Below, in pieces: positions 39,875 through 50,512 of a stretch of 64,000 nt of DNA (position 1 is the first letter of the stretch; every line of letters starts with the position of its first letter). Made by a program: the position numbers and the translations under genes. The notes beneath the pieces are model-generated. The model did not search any database, was not told the DNA's origin, and was given only the letters and a program-made list of their open reading frames with translations. The stretch covers positions 62,001-126,000 of the forward strand of contig CBFFRP010000066.1 of the NCBI GenBank assembly GCA_965644295.1, read 5' to 3'. The DNA comes from Paraphysomonas bandaiensis. Its lineage: Eukaryota; Protista; Chrysophyceae.

Positions 39875-42800
39875 ATGCATATGCATGTGATCATCATTGC
39901 AATCCATGCACTAACCACAGCAGCCCAGACCTATTTGGGTTCTTACAGTACAGCTGATCTTGCCTATGGAGTGTATGTGGTGAATGAGGTGGCGTATGTT
40001 GCCGATGATTGGTCAGGATTGCTGATTATCGATGTGAGTAATTCGACCAACCCATTGCTACTGGGTTCATATGATACACCTGATATTGCCCTTGGGGTGC
40101 ATGTGGTGAATGAGGTGGCGTATGTTGCTGATGGTGCTTCAGGATTGCAGATTGTTAACGTGAGTGATTCGACCAGCCCAGAGCTACTGGGTTCATACGA
40201 TACATCTGGTCATGTCAATGCGGTGTATGTGGTGAATGAGGTGGCGTATGTTGCCGATGGTTATTCAGGATTGCAGATTATTGACGTGAGTGATTCGACG
40301 AGACCATCGCTATTGGGTTCATACGATGTAACTGATGGGGCCGGTGGGGTGTATATGGTGAATGAGGTGGCGTATGTTGCCGTTGATTGGTCAGGATTGT
40401 TGATTATTGACGTGAGTAATTCGACCAACCCATCGCTATTGGGATCTTACGGTACACCTGATATTGCCCTTGGGGTGTATGTGGTGAACGAGGTGGCGTA
40501 TGTTGCCGATGATACTTCAGGATTGCTGATTATTGACGTGAGTGATTCGACCAGCCCATCGCTACTGGGTTCTTACGATACACCTGATATTGCCAAGGGG
40601 GTGTATGTGGTAAATGAGGTGGCGTATGTTGCCGATGGTTATTCAGGATTGCAGATTATTGACGTGAGAGATTCGACGAGCCCATTGCTATTGGGTTCAT
40701 ACGATACACCTCATTTTGCACTTGGGGTGTATGTAGTGAATGAGGTGGCGTATATTGCTGATGGTTGGTCAGGATTGCAGATTATTGACGTGAGTTATTC
40801 AAATCCCTCATCGATTCCCACTTTGACCTACTTGGGTTCTTACAGTACAGTTGATCTTGCCTATGGAGTGTATGTGGTGAATGAGGTGGCGTATGTTGCC
40901 GATGATTGGTCAGGATTGCTGATTATTGACGTGAGTAATTCGACCAACCCATCGCTATTGGGATCTTACGATACACCTGATATTGCCCTTGGGGTGCATG
41001 TGGTGAATGAGGTGGCGTATGTTGCTGATGGTGCTTCAGGATTGCAGATTGTTAACGTGAGTGATTCGACCAGCCCATATCTACTGGGTTCATACGATAC
41101 ATCTGGTCATGTCAATGCGGTGTATGTGGTGAATGAGGTGGCATATGTTGCCGATGGTTATTCAGGATTGCAGATAATTGACGTGAGTGATTCGACGAGA
41201 CCATCGCTATTGGGTTCATACGATGTAACTGATGGGGCCGGTGGGGTGTATGTGGTGAATGAGGTGGCGTATGTTGCCGTTGATTGGTCAGGATTGCTGA
41301 TTATTGACGTGAGTAATTCGACCAACCCATCGCTATTGGGATCTTACGGTACACCTGATATTGCCCTTGGGGTGTATGTGGTGAACGAGGTGGCGTATGT
41401 TGCCGATGATACTTCAGGATTGCTGATTATTGACGTGAGTGATTCGACCAGCCCATCGCTACTGGGTTCTTACGATACACCTGATATTGCCAAGGGGGTG
41501 TATGTGGTAAATGAGGTGGCGTATGTTGCCGATGGTTATTCAGGATTGCAGATTATTGACGTGAGAGATTCGACGAGCCCATTGCTATTGGGTTCATACG
41601 ATACACCTCATTTTGCACTTGGGGTGTATGTAGTGAATGAGGTGGCGTATGTTGCTGATGGTTGGTCAGGATTGCAGATTATTGACGTGAGTTATTCAAA
41701 TCCCTCATCGATTCCCACTTTGCAGCCAACCACGTCGATCCCCTCTTCAATTCCTTCATCGATTCCCACTTTGCAGCCGACCACGTCAATCCCCTCTTCA
41801 ATTCCCTCATCGATTCCCACTCTTCAGCCGACCACGTCAATCCCCTCTTCAATTCCGTCATCGATTCCCACTTTGCAGCCTACCACGTCAATCCCCTCAT
41901 TGATTCCCACTTTTCAGCCGACCACATCTATCCCCACTTCAATTCCCTCATTGATTCCCACTGTGCAGCCAACCACGTCGATTACCTCATCGGTTCCCAC
42001 TTTGCAGCCGACTACGTCGATCCCCTCTTCAATTCCTTCATCTATTCCCACTTTGCAGCCGACCACGTCAATCCCCTCTTCAATTCCTTTGTCGATTCCC
42101 ACTCTTCAGCCGACCACGTCTATCCCCTCTTCAATTCCTTCATCGATTCCCACTTTGCAGCCGACCACGTCAATCCCCTCCTCAATTCCTTCATCGATTC
42201 CCACTTTGCAGCCGACCACATCAATCCCCTCTTCAATTCCTTCATCGATTCCCACTCTTCAGCCGACCACGTCAATCCCCTCCTCAATTCCTTTGTCGAT
42301 TCCCACTTTGCAGCCGACCACGTCAATCCCCTCCTCAATTCCTTTGTCGATTCCCACTTTGCAGCCGACCACGTCAATCCCCTTTTCAACTCCCCCATCA
42401 ATTCCCACTTTGCAGCCAACCACGGCAATCCCCTTTTCAATTCCTTTGTCGATTCCCACTATACAGCCGACCACATCAATCCCCTCCTCAATTCCTTTGT
42501 CGATTCCCACTTTGCAGCCAACCACGTCGATCCCCTCCTCAATTCCTTTGTCGATTCCCACTTTGCAGCCGACCACGTCAATCCCCTCTTTAATTCCCTC
42601 GTCGATTCCCACTTTGCAGCCGACCACGTCTATCCCCTCTTCATTTCCTTTATCGATTCCCACTTTGCAGCCGTCCACGTCAATCCCCTCTTCAATTCCC
42701 TCATCGATTCCCACTCTTCAGCCGACCACGTCAATCCCCTCTTCAATTCCTTCATCGATTCCCACTTTGCAGCCGTCCACGACAATCCCCTCTTCAATTC

Positions 42801-43705
42801 CCTCATCGATTCCCACTCTTCAGCCGACCACGTCAATCCCCACTTCAATTCCTTCATCGATTCCCACTTTGCAGCCAACCACGTCAATCCCCTCTTCAAT
42901 TCCTTCATCGATTCCCACTTTGCAGCCGTCCACGTCAATCCCCTCTTCAATTCCCTCGTCGATTCCCACTTTGCAGCCAACCACGTCAATCCCCTCTTCA
43001 ATTCCCTCGTCGATTCCCACATTGCAGCCAACCACGTCAATCCCCTCTTCAATTCCCTCATTGAGTCCCACAACTCAACCTACCACTTCTGTTCCTACTT
43101 CGCAGCCTACGCTATTTGGCTACAGGGTGTCATCGTATTCTACCCCCCATCCCTATGAAAATTTGGCTACCTATAGTCACAGTTTCTACGAACCTAGCGC
43201 TACTAAAATAAAAGTGCATTTCTCCATGTTCGAAACAGAAGAAGGCTATGATGTGGTTGAACTGATTAACTCTGATGGTGTGATTCAGGAGAGTTATTCA
43301 GGGGCTTTGGGACAATTCGATAGCGCATGGGTCAGTGGAAATGAGGTGAATATTAGACTGGCTACTGATTCCACATATACCTCATATGGATTTGATGTAA
43401 CTGGCTTTACATTTTCTAAAGAGCCGTTAAGTAGTGAGTCAGGCGATGGTGGTGGAAGTGGCAGTATTCGTGGCAATTACTGGTGGTTGTATCTACTGAT
43501 CTTGATACTTCCAATTATCGTTGCTTTTGTTTGTTGCTGTTATTGGTGCAACAATTACCGTAAGAGGCGTCCTGCTGATCATCCTCCTTCCTATACTGAT
43601 GTTCAAATGGTGTCGACTAACACTTCCGTTCCTACTAAAAGTCGACCTGGGCATGACACCTGGGAAGTGGATTTGACAAGCTTTTCATATGAAAATAGCA
43701 TATAG
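39875..43705 (+). CDS. LVIVD receptor A: signal peptide, 14 LVIVD repeats (2x7), ~470-aa P/S/T stalk, CUB, TM, tail
   Basis: 1276-aa intronless ORF; 42-aa repeats (AYVAD..SGLQIIDVS.P.LLGSYDTP); CUB-like TPHPYEN..FETE.GYD..TD..GF; TM WWLYLLILILPIIVAFV. Confidence 0.92.
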   Translation: MHMHVIIIAIHALTTAAQTYLGSYSTADLAYGVYVVNEVAYVADDWSGLLIIDVSNSTNPLLLGSYDTPDIALGVHVVNEVAYVADGASGLQIVNVSDSTSPELLGSYDTSGHVNAVYVVNEVAYVADGYSGLQIIDVSDSTRPSLLGSYDVTDGAGGVYMVNEVAYVAVDWSGLLIIDVSNSTNPSLLGSYGTPDIALGVYVVNEVAYVADDTSGLLIIDVSDSTSPSLLGSYDTPDIAKGVYVVNEVAYVADGYSGLQIIDVRDSTSPLLLGSYDTPHFALGVYVVNEVAYIADGWSGLQIIDVSYSNPSSIPTLTYLGSYSTVDLAYGVYVVNEVAYVADDWSGLLIIDVSNSTNPSLLGSYDTPDIALGVHVVNEVAYVADGASGLQIVNVSDSTSPYLLGSYDTSGHVNAVYVVNEVAYVADGYSGLQIIDVSDSTRPSLLGSYDVTDGAGGVYVVNEVAYVAVDWSGLLIIDVSNSTNPSLLGSYGTPDIALGVYVVNEVAYVADDTSGLLIIDVSDSTSPSLLGSYDTPDIAKGVYVVNEVAYVADGYSGLQIIDVRDSTSPLLLGSYDTPHFALGVYVVNEVAYVADGWSGLQIIDVSYSNPSSIPTLQPTTSIPSSIPSSIPTLQPTTSIPSSIPSSIPTLQPTTSIPSSIPSSIPTLQPTTSIPSLIPTFQPTTSIPTSIPSLIPTVQPTTSITSSVPTLQPTTSIPSSIPSSIPTLQPTTSIPSSIPLSIPTLQPTTSIPSSIPSSIPTLQPTTSIPSSIPSSIPTLQPTTSIPSSIPSSIPTLQPTTSIPSSIPLSIPTLQPTTSIPSSIPLSIPTLQPTTSIPFSTPPSIPTLQPTTAIPFSIPLSIPTIQPTTSIPSSIPLSIPTLQPTTSIPSSIPLSIPTLQPTTSIPSLIPSSIPTLQPTTSIPSSFPLSIPTLQPSTSIPSSIPSSIPTLQPTTSIPSSIPSSIPTLQPSTTIPSSIPSSIPTLQPTTSIPTSIPSSIPTLQPTTSIPSSIPSSIPTLQPSTSIPSSIPSSIPTLQPTTSIPSSIPSSIPTLQPTTSIPSSIPSLSPTTQPTTSVPTSQPTLFGYRVSSYSTPHPYENLATYSHSFYEPSATKIKVHFSMFETEEGYDVVELINSDGVIQESYSGALGQFDSAWVSGNEVNIRLATDSTYTSYGFDVTGFTFSKEPLSSESGDGGGSGSIRGNYWWLYLLILILPIIVAFVCCCYWCNNYRKRRPADHPPSYTDVQMVSTNTSVPTKSRPGHDTWEVDLTSFSYENSI

Positions 43706-43914
43706 TAGAGTTGTCATAAGAATTCTTCTGGGGCCATAAGCATAATATAGTAATTACTTTGGCATGTTATCATGTATATTGAAAGTCTTATTATATAGCA
43801 ATAGGCATTAAAAAAATGCACCAATGTAGTGGCTAGTTGAATGCTAGACAGACTACCCACAACTAATCAGTACACACTTTTTTATCCTACTTTTTAACGC
43901 TACGGAAGCTGCTG

Positions 43915-44077
43915 CAATGGAATTCAGGTTGGGAGCCAAACTCTAAATAAGCTAAAACTCGCTCTAACAGAGAGAATGCTGCTTATTATGAACTTATACT
44001 ACTTCTGCAGTACTAAATGCTTCTCGGCACCCCAAGAAACTAAAGCACAACTCACCAGCTATGCAGTTCAGTACTAA
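43915..44077. repeat. ~160-bp repeat also present at 49655-49826
   Basis: GAGCCAAACTCTAAATAAG...GTTCAGTACTAA is essentially identical in both places. Confidence 0.85.
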
Positions 44078-44261
44078 CTAATGGTAGTCCAGTTCCCGGT
44101 AATTATAATGGCATTAATGAAAAATGTCCCGGCAATTATAATGGCAATTAATGGCCATTAATACCTACTAACTTAATGTAGATAGCACCACTCATATAAT
44201 AGATAGTGTTGTGCTCCCTTAATTACTAATTTGTAGTTAAATAGCAGACTACAAACTTTAA

Positions 44262-44795
44262 CTACTTCTCGTTCTCTACTGGCACATCAGGATCTTCTTG
44301 CAGGGCATTATGGAGGGTATAAACACCCCACAACATATAATTGGCTCGTAGGGATAGCAACGATTCTAGACGACATGGATTCATGTTTCTACGCTCAGGT
44401 GTCATACTCAACTTTGCACGACTAAAGAGCCTCTCAACAACATTAGAATGTGCTTCACTATGAAGCAAGCAGCGGTAGTTGTACTCATAGGTACCAAGTC
44501 GAGCTCTCTTGGTGACCTCGGCGCTGTCCAGAACACGCTGTGCAAAATCAGTTCCTTCACTCTCGTCCTCGTTATTTCTGTCGGGTACACCAACCTTCAT
44601 GGATGAATCCAGTTGCAAATGTCTAACTGCTCTTCTTTCATTGCCTGTCAACTCTCTTTCATCGTTCCCTTGAATTTTGGCCACTGCCTTCTCAAAAATT
44701 TCACTGGCAACAATGCTTGCGTTCAGGGAAAGGTATGGATGCAGCTCTGGAAATTCTTGTAGCAGCATATCAAATAACTGGCGGGCTTGGTACAA
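44262..44795 (-). pseudogene. hAT transposase C-terminal fragment (dimerisation domain)
   Basis: SNVVERLFSRAKLSMTPERRNMNPCRLESLLSLRANYMLW; the catalytic core upstream is missing or degenerate. Confidence 0.8.
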
Positions 44796-45201
44796 ATTGA
44801 TTCCATCTCTTCCGAATATACTTATTCTCTACAATAGAAAATGGTTCGTCGTTCATGACTATCCATTCCAACCACCGAAATAAGTTCCTTGAAGCAGGAG
44901 AGACTTTCTTACAAAAGACAATAAATCGCCCCTGTGAATTCTTTCACATCTCAAAAATCTCTCAAGTTTCCTTTTGTCAACAAAAATCCGCATGTTTGAT
45001 GCTCTTGGCTGTATGGTTCACACAAGTCGCGTAACCTCGCCATATATTCTGATACAGAAGATTCACTGAATCCACTCGGAAGAAGACTCTGTAAATTACA
45101 TTGCCATCAAATTGTTTTAGCCATCGTCGTTACTTAATATGCTGGATGGTATACAGCACAGAGCATCATCATATACTTCGTACTGCAGCTTCTTTCAACT
45201 G

Positions 45202-45346
45202 CGTATCGGCATCCTTTGTATTTTTTTGTTCCAATATGCCTCTATTATTGAGACAACAACTATCTGTATTCTAGCCGTAATTGTATTGCAGTAATATAGA
45301 AAAATTTTGCTTCAATTTATTTCCGAAGAAAATGACAGCCCATACG
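45202..45346. mobile_element. MITE family A, copy 3
   Basis: CGTATCGGCA...CCCATACG; flanked by TG/TG. Confidence 0.75.
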
Positions 45347-45383
45347 TGTATATTTCGTACGAGTGATGACCACAATTCACTGT

Positions 45384-45533
45384 CCTATTGGGATCATTTG
45401 TGTTTTTGTTGAAAGATGCCTCAAATATTGAGACAATAATTATCTGTATTCCAGCCGTAGTTATATCTCAGTGATATAGAGGATATTTGCTTCAATTTAT
45501 TTCCGCAAAAATAAGATGATGAATGCCCATACG
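45384..45533. mobile_element. MITE family A, copy 4
   Basis: Same internal sequence; flanked by GT/GT. Confidence 0.7.
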
Positions 45534-45929
45534 GTAGAGAAGAGAAAGGTCAAAAATCATAAAAAAAAACATGAAAAAGTGTCTTTTACATTTAATTCCA
45601 TAACTTTTTAATTTCAGCAATCGAAATACTGCGGTTTTAACACGAAATAGCCCATTAAATGCTGAACATTTCGCAGCATTACCAACACACATGAAAACCT
45701 CTCATTTATAGAAAATCAACCAGTTTCTAGATTTATGATAATATAAATACGTTAAAACTTGAGAAACTAAAAATACGTTAAACTTATAAATATCTAGATT
45801 TACTAGTAAAATACCCTATTTTACCCCTCGGTGTACCACCCTGATTTCTCCATATCTAGAGAGACTGTCATACTGCGTGATTCCACGTGGAACTACTGTC
45901 CGCTAACTTGAACTTGTCAAAACCATAAT

Positions 45930-48212
45930 ATGGATATGCATGTGATCATCATTGCAATCCATGCACTAACCACAGCAGCCCAGACCTACTTGGGTTCTTA
46001 CTATACACGTGATGCTGCCAATGAAGTGCATGTGGTGAATGAGGTGGCGTATGTTGCCGCTAGTTATTCATTGCAGATTATTGATGTGAGTAATTCGACC
46101 AACCCATATCTATTGGGATCTTACGATACACTTCATACTTTATTTGCGGGGATATATGTGGTGAATGAGGTGGCGTATGTTGCTGCTTCTAGAGCAGGGT
46201 TGTATATTTTTGACGTGAGTGATTCGACCAGCCCATTGCTATTGGGCTCTTACGATACACCTGATCGTGCCGGGGAGGTGTATGTGGTGAATGAGGTGGC
46301 GTATGTTGCCGATAATTGGTCAGGATTGCAGATTATTGACGTGAGTGATTCGACCAGCCCATTGCTATTGGGCTCTTACGATACACCTGATTATGCCCGT
46401 GGGGTGTATGTGGTGAATGAGGTGGCGTATGTTACTGATAGTGCTTCAGGATTGCTGATTATTGACGTGAGTGATTCGACTAGCCCATTTCTATTGGGTT
46501 CTTACGATACACCTCGTTATGCCGATGGGGTGTATGTGGTGAATGAGGTGGCGTATGTTGCCGATGATACTTCAGGATTGCTGATTCTTGATGTGAGTGA
46601 TGCGACCAGCCCATTGCTGTTGGGTTCTTACTATACACCTGCTACTGCCCTTAACGTGTATGTGGTGAATGAGGTGGCGTATGTTGCCGATCATTTTTCA
46701 GGATTGCAAATTATTGACGTGACATCGATTCCCACTTTGCAGCCGACCACGTCAATCCCCTCATTGATTCCCACTTTGCACCCGACCACGTCAATGCCCT
46801 CTTCATTTCCCTCATCGATTCCCACTTTGCAGCCGACCACGTCAATCCCCTCATCGGTTCCCACTTTGCACCCGACCACGTCATTCCCCTCATCATTTCC
46901 CTCATTGATTCCCACTTTGCAGCCGACCACGTCAATCCCCTCTTCAACTCCCTCATCAATTCCCACTATACAGCCGACCACATCATTCCCCTCTTCAACT
47001 CCCTCATCAATTCCCACTTTGCAGCCGACCACGTCAATCCCCTCTTCAAACCCCTCATCGATTCCCACTATACAGCCAACCACATCAATCCCTTCTTCAA
47101 TTCCCTTGTCGATTCCCACTTTGCAACCAACCACGTCAATCCCCTCTTCAATTCCTTCATCGATTCCCACTTTGCAGCCGACCACGTCATTCCCCTCTTC
47201 ATTTCCCTCATCTATTCCCACTTTGCCGCCAACCACGTCATTCCCCTCTTCAATTCCCTCATCGATTCCCACATTGCAGCCAACCACATCAATCCCTTCT
47301 TCAATTCCTTCGTCGATTCCCACTTTTCAGCCAACCACGTCAATTCCCTCTTCAACTCCCTCATCGATTCCCACTTTGCAGCCGACCACGTCAACCCCCT
47401 CCTTAAATCCCTCATTGAGTCCCACAACTCAACCAACGACGTCAATGCCCTCTTCAACCCCCTCATCGATTCCCACTTTGCAGCCGACCACGTCAATCCC
47501 TTCTTCAATTCCTTCATCAATTCCCACTTTTCAGCCGATCACATCAATTCCCTCTTCAATTCCCTCATCGATTCCCACAACTCAACCAACCACTTCTGTT
47601 CCTACTTCGCAGCCTACGCTATTTGGCTACAGGGTGTCATCGTATTCTACCCCCCATCCCTATGAAAATTCGGCTACCTACAGCCACAGTTTCTACGAAC
47701 CTAGCGCTGCTAAAATAAAAGTGCATTTCTCCACGTTCGAAACAGAAGAGGACTATGATGTGGTTGATCTGATTAACTCTGATGGTGTGATTCAGCAGAG
47801 TTATTCAGGGGCTTTGGGACAATTCGATAGCACATGGGTTAGTGGAAATGAGGTGAATATTAGACTGGCTACTGATTCCACATATACCTCATATGGATTT
47901 GATGTAACTGGCTTTACCTTTTCTAAAGAGCCGTTAAGTAGTAAATCAGGCGATGGCGGTGGGAGTGGCAGTAGTCGTGGCAATTACTGGTGGCTGTATC
48001 TACTGATTTTGATACTTCCAATTATTGTTGCTTTTGTTTTTTGCTGTAATTGGTGCAACAACTACCGTAAGAGGCGTCCTGCTGATCATCCTCCTTCCTA
48101 TACTGATGTTCAAATGGTGCCAACTAACACTTCCGTTCCTACTAAAAGTCGACCTGGGCATGACACCTGGGAAGTGGATTTGACAAGCTTTTCATATGAA
48201 AATAGCATATAG
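45930..48212 (+). CDS. LVIVD receptor B: 6 repeats, ~300-aa stalk, CUB, TM, tail
   Basis: 760-aa intronless ORF with the same architecture as A. Confidence 0.92.
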   Translation: MDMHVIIIAIHALTTAAQTYLGSYYTRDAANEVHVVNEVAYVAASYSLQIIDVSNSTNPYLLGSYDTLHTLFAGIYVVNEVAYVAASRAGLYIFDVSDSTSPLLLGSYDTPDRAGEVYVVNEVAYVADNWSGLQIIDVSDSTSPLLLGSYDTPDYARGVYVVNEVAYVTDSASGLLIIDVSDSTSPFLLGSYDTPRYADGVYVVNEVAYVADDTSGLLILDVSDATSPLLLGSYYTPATALNVYVVNEVAYVADHFSGLQIIDVTSIPTLQPTTSIPSLIPTLHPTTSMPSSFPSSIPTLQPTTSIPSSVPTLHPTTSFPSSFPSLIPTLQPTTSIPSSTPSSIPTIQPTTSFPSSTPSSIPTLQPTTSIPSSNPSSIPTIQPTTSIPSSIPLSIPTLQPTTSIPSSIPSSIPTLQPTTSFPSSFPSSIPTLPPTTSFPSSIPSSIPTLQPTTSIPSSIPSSIPTFQPTTSIPSSTPSSIPTLQPTTSTPSLNPSLSPTTQPTTSMPSSTPSSIPTLQPTTSIPSSIPSSIPTFQPITSIPSSIPSSIPTTQPTTSVPTSQPTLFGYRVSSYSTPHPYENSATYSHSFYEPSAAKIKVHFSTFETEEDYDVVDLINSDGVIQQSYSGALGQFDSTWVSGNEVNIRLATDSTYTSYGFDVTGFTFSKEPLSSKSGDGGGSGSSRGNYWWLYLLILILPIIVAFVFCCNWCNNYRKRRPADHPPSYTDVQMVPTNTSVPTKSRPGHDTWEVDLTSFSYENSI

Positions 48213-49402
48213 TAGAGTTGTCATAAGAACTCTTCTGGAGCCACAAGCATTCTTCAGCCATCACAATATATATGTATATAATAATTTCTTTTTAAACCAT
48301 TTTATATATATTTTCTTACTATACACATTCCAGAGCTTAAAGCATATTCGCCATTATATCACTACAACTACATTCCAGAGCTTAAAGCATCGCCATTATA
48401 CATTATATTATTTAGTAGCTTTTATGGTCGTAGAATCCGGGTTTCTTACAACCTCTACAAATTTAAATTATTTTTCATTTTATTTTTTCCCTTCCCCGAC
48501 TTCTACCATTAACACTACCTTTTAAATCTACTTTACTATCTATATTACTTTTTTATTATAACAATATAAATAATATATAAAGTAATTTATTTTATTATAA
48601 GAATACAAATAATATATAAAGTAATTAAGTTATTAATAATAAGATATAAAGTTAAATTAGCAAGGAGAGATAATTACAACCGCAAAGCTTGCGGTTGTAA
48701 TTGGAAACTCTCGAAGAGAAGAAGCCCCCTTGGGGGTTTGGGGGTTAAAAGGCTTGTCCTTGTCTTCCTCCCTTCGTTTTTTTATCTCATCTTTGCAATC
48801 ACAACATTGTTTTCAGCAACTGGTCTCTGCTATGTACCTCACAGTGAGTTCAGGAGCTCTCCATAACTGCGAATTTTGATGCAGGACAACAATTGCAATC
48901 TTACAAGCAAATTTCCACCAAAAGTTGTGGAAGTTGGACTCCACACCTCCAGAATAGCATGTTCTATTGGTAACCCACAGTGTTTATGTGGTATGTCTCA
49001 ATGCTTGAGCACATGATTGACATATGGAGGGGACCTTAACCTACAGTATGAAACTGTGTGGAATACGGTGTCTGGAATGGGAAATAAACTGAAAAAAACT
49101 TCCTAGAGTTTTCTCCGCCACTAGAAGTGCTTTAGTGGCTGGAGCTGTGCAGATGAGGAGAGGAGGATTCGAAGATATGAAGTGAAGTGAAGTGAGAAGT
49201 ACAGAACTTCACTTTATATACAGTCAGAATACCATAAAATACGTAGAAGGTTAAGATACTAGTGGAACACCCAACTCACTCCTCGAGCTCAGCTGACCAG
49301 CCTGATGTGGATAGTCCGCCATTCCATCACTGCACTCGGAGACCTTCATAGTCAGTCATACTATGGAACTATACGCAGACTTGAACTTGTCGAAACCATA
49401 AT

Positions 49403-49655
49403 ATGCATATGTATGTTATCATCATTGCAATCCATGCACTAACTGCAGCAGCCCAGAGCTACTTGGGTTCATACGATACACCTCATTATGCCCGTGGGGT
49501 GTATGTAGTGAATGAGGTGGCGTATGTTGCCGATAATTGGTCAGGATTGCAGATTATTGACGTGAGTGATTCGACCAACCCATTCCTATTGGGTTCTTAC
49601 ATAGATCTGGTGTTGCGAAGGGGGTGTGGTGAATGAGGTAGCGTATGTTACCTAT
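49403..49655 (+). pseudogene. LVIVD receptor C, truncated after about 1.5 repeats
   Basis: Signal peptide plus one repeat, a frameshift near 49625, then fusion to the 160-bp repeat. Confidence 0.85.
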
Positions 49656-50512
49656 GCAATGGAACTCTGGTTGGGACCTGAGAGCCAAACTCTAAATAAG
49701 CTAAAACTCGCTCTAACAGAGAGAATGCTGCTTATTATGAACTTATACTACTTCTGCAGTACTAAATGCTTCTCGGCACCCCAAGAAACTAAAGCACAAC
49801 TCACCAGCTATGCAGTTCAGTACTAAACAGAAAAGTGACGAGCTACATCAACCAACAAAGAGAGAACAAGCTTAACTAAAAAGAATGACGATGCGCTTGG
49901 GCATTGACAGCCACACAGTGACTAAATCCAAATTTTCTGCGAAGGAGTGACGATATTTATGAATATTCTTGGAGAATTCTTCTTCTTCATACTCTACACA
50001 TTAATGTATGGACTCTGCCGTATACGCTCTGAACTGCTGCTCATCTAAACGATAATGAGCCCTCGACCAATCATCATTGAGAATAGGGAAAGCATTGGCT
50101 CAGCATTCGCTTCCTGTATTTATACAGTGTAGGGTGCAGTATACTGAAATAATTTACAAGAAAACTCGGAAAAATCCACCCAAAAAACTTGGAAAAATAC
50201 TATATTATACCATATATACCTCTGGATATCTCCTCTGTACCCATAATGAGTAGATTTAGGTTTTGAGCACAAATCTGGATTTCAAAACTTCACTTTTTAT
50301 ACAATTTCAATACAATAAAATCTGTAAAAAACGTAGCATACTATAAATACGTTAAAAATTATCAAAATACTCCCACTTTATACACAGTTGGCAAGTGGAC
50401 ATTTCTCTCCACTGCAACACGACTTGCACTCGTAGACTTGCATACTTAATCATTATATTAATTATGGCACTACTCTAACTGGAATCTGTCTATTGGGGCT
50501 CGAAACCATAAT

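Noticed and set aside
39929-41700. CRISPR-like regular repeat/variable pattern
   Set aside because: The 126-bp units are in-frame coding repeats with only a few variable codons. There are no spacers or cas genes, and the context is eukaryotic.
41679-43073. Antisense ORFs (GIDEGIEEG..., WESMKELKRG...), also at 46.7-47.5, 59.4-60.2 and 63.8 kb
   Set aside because: They are shadow frames of the repetitive stalk.
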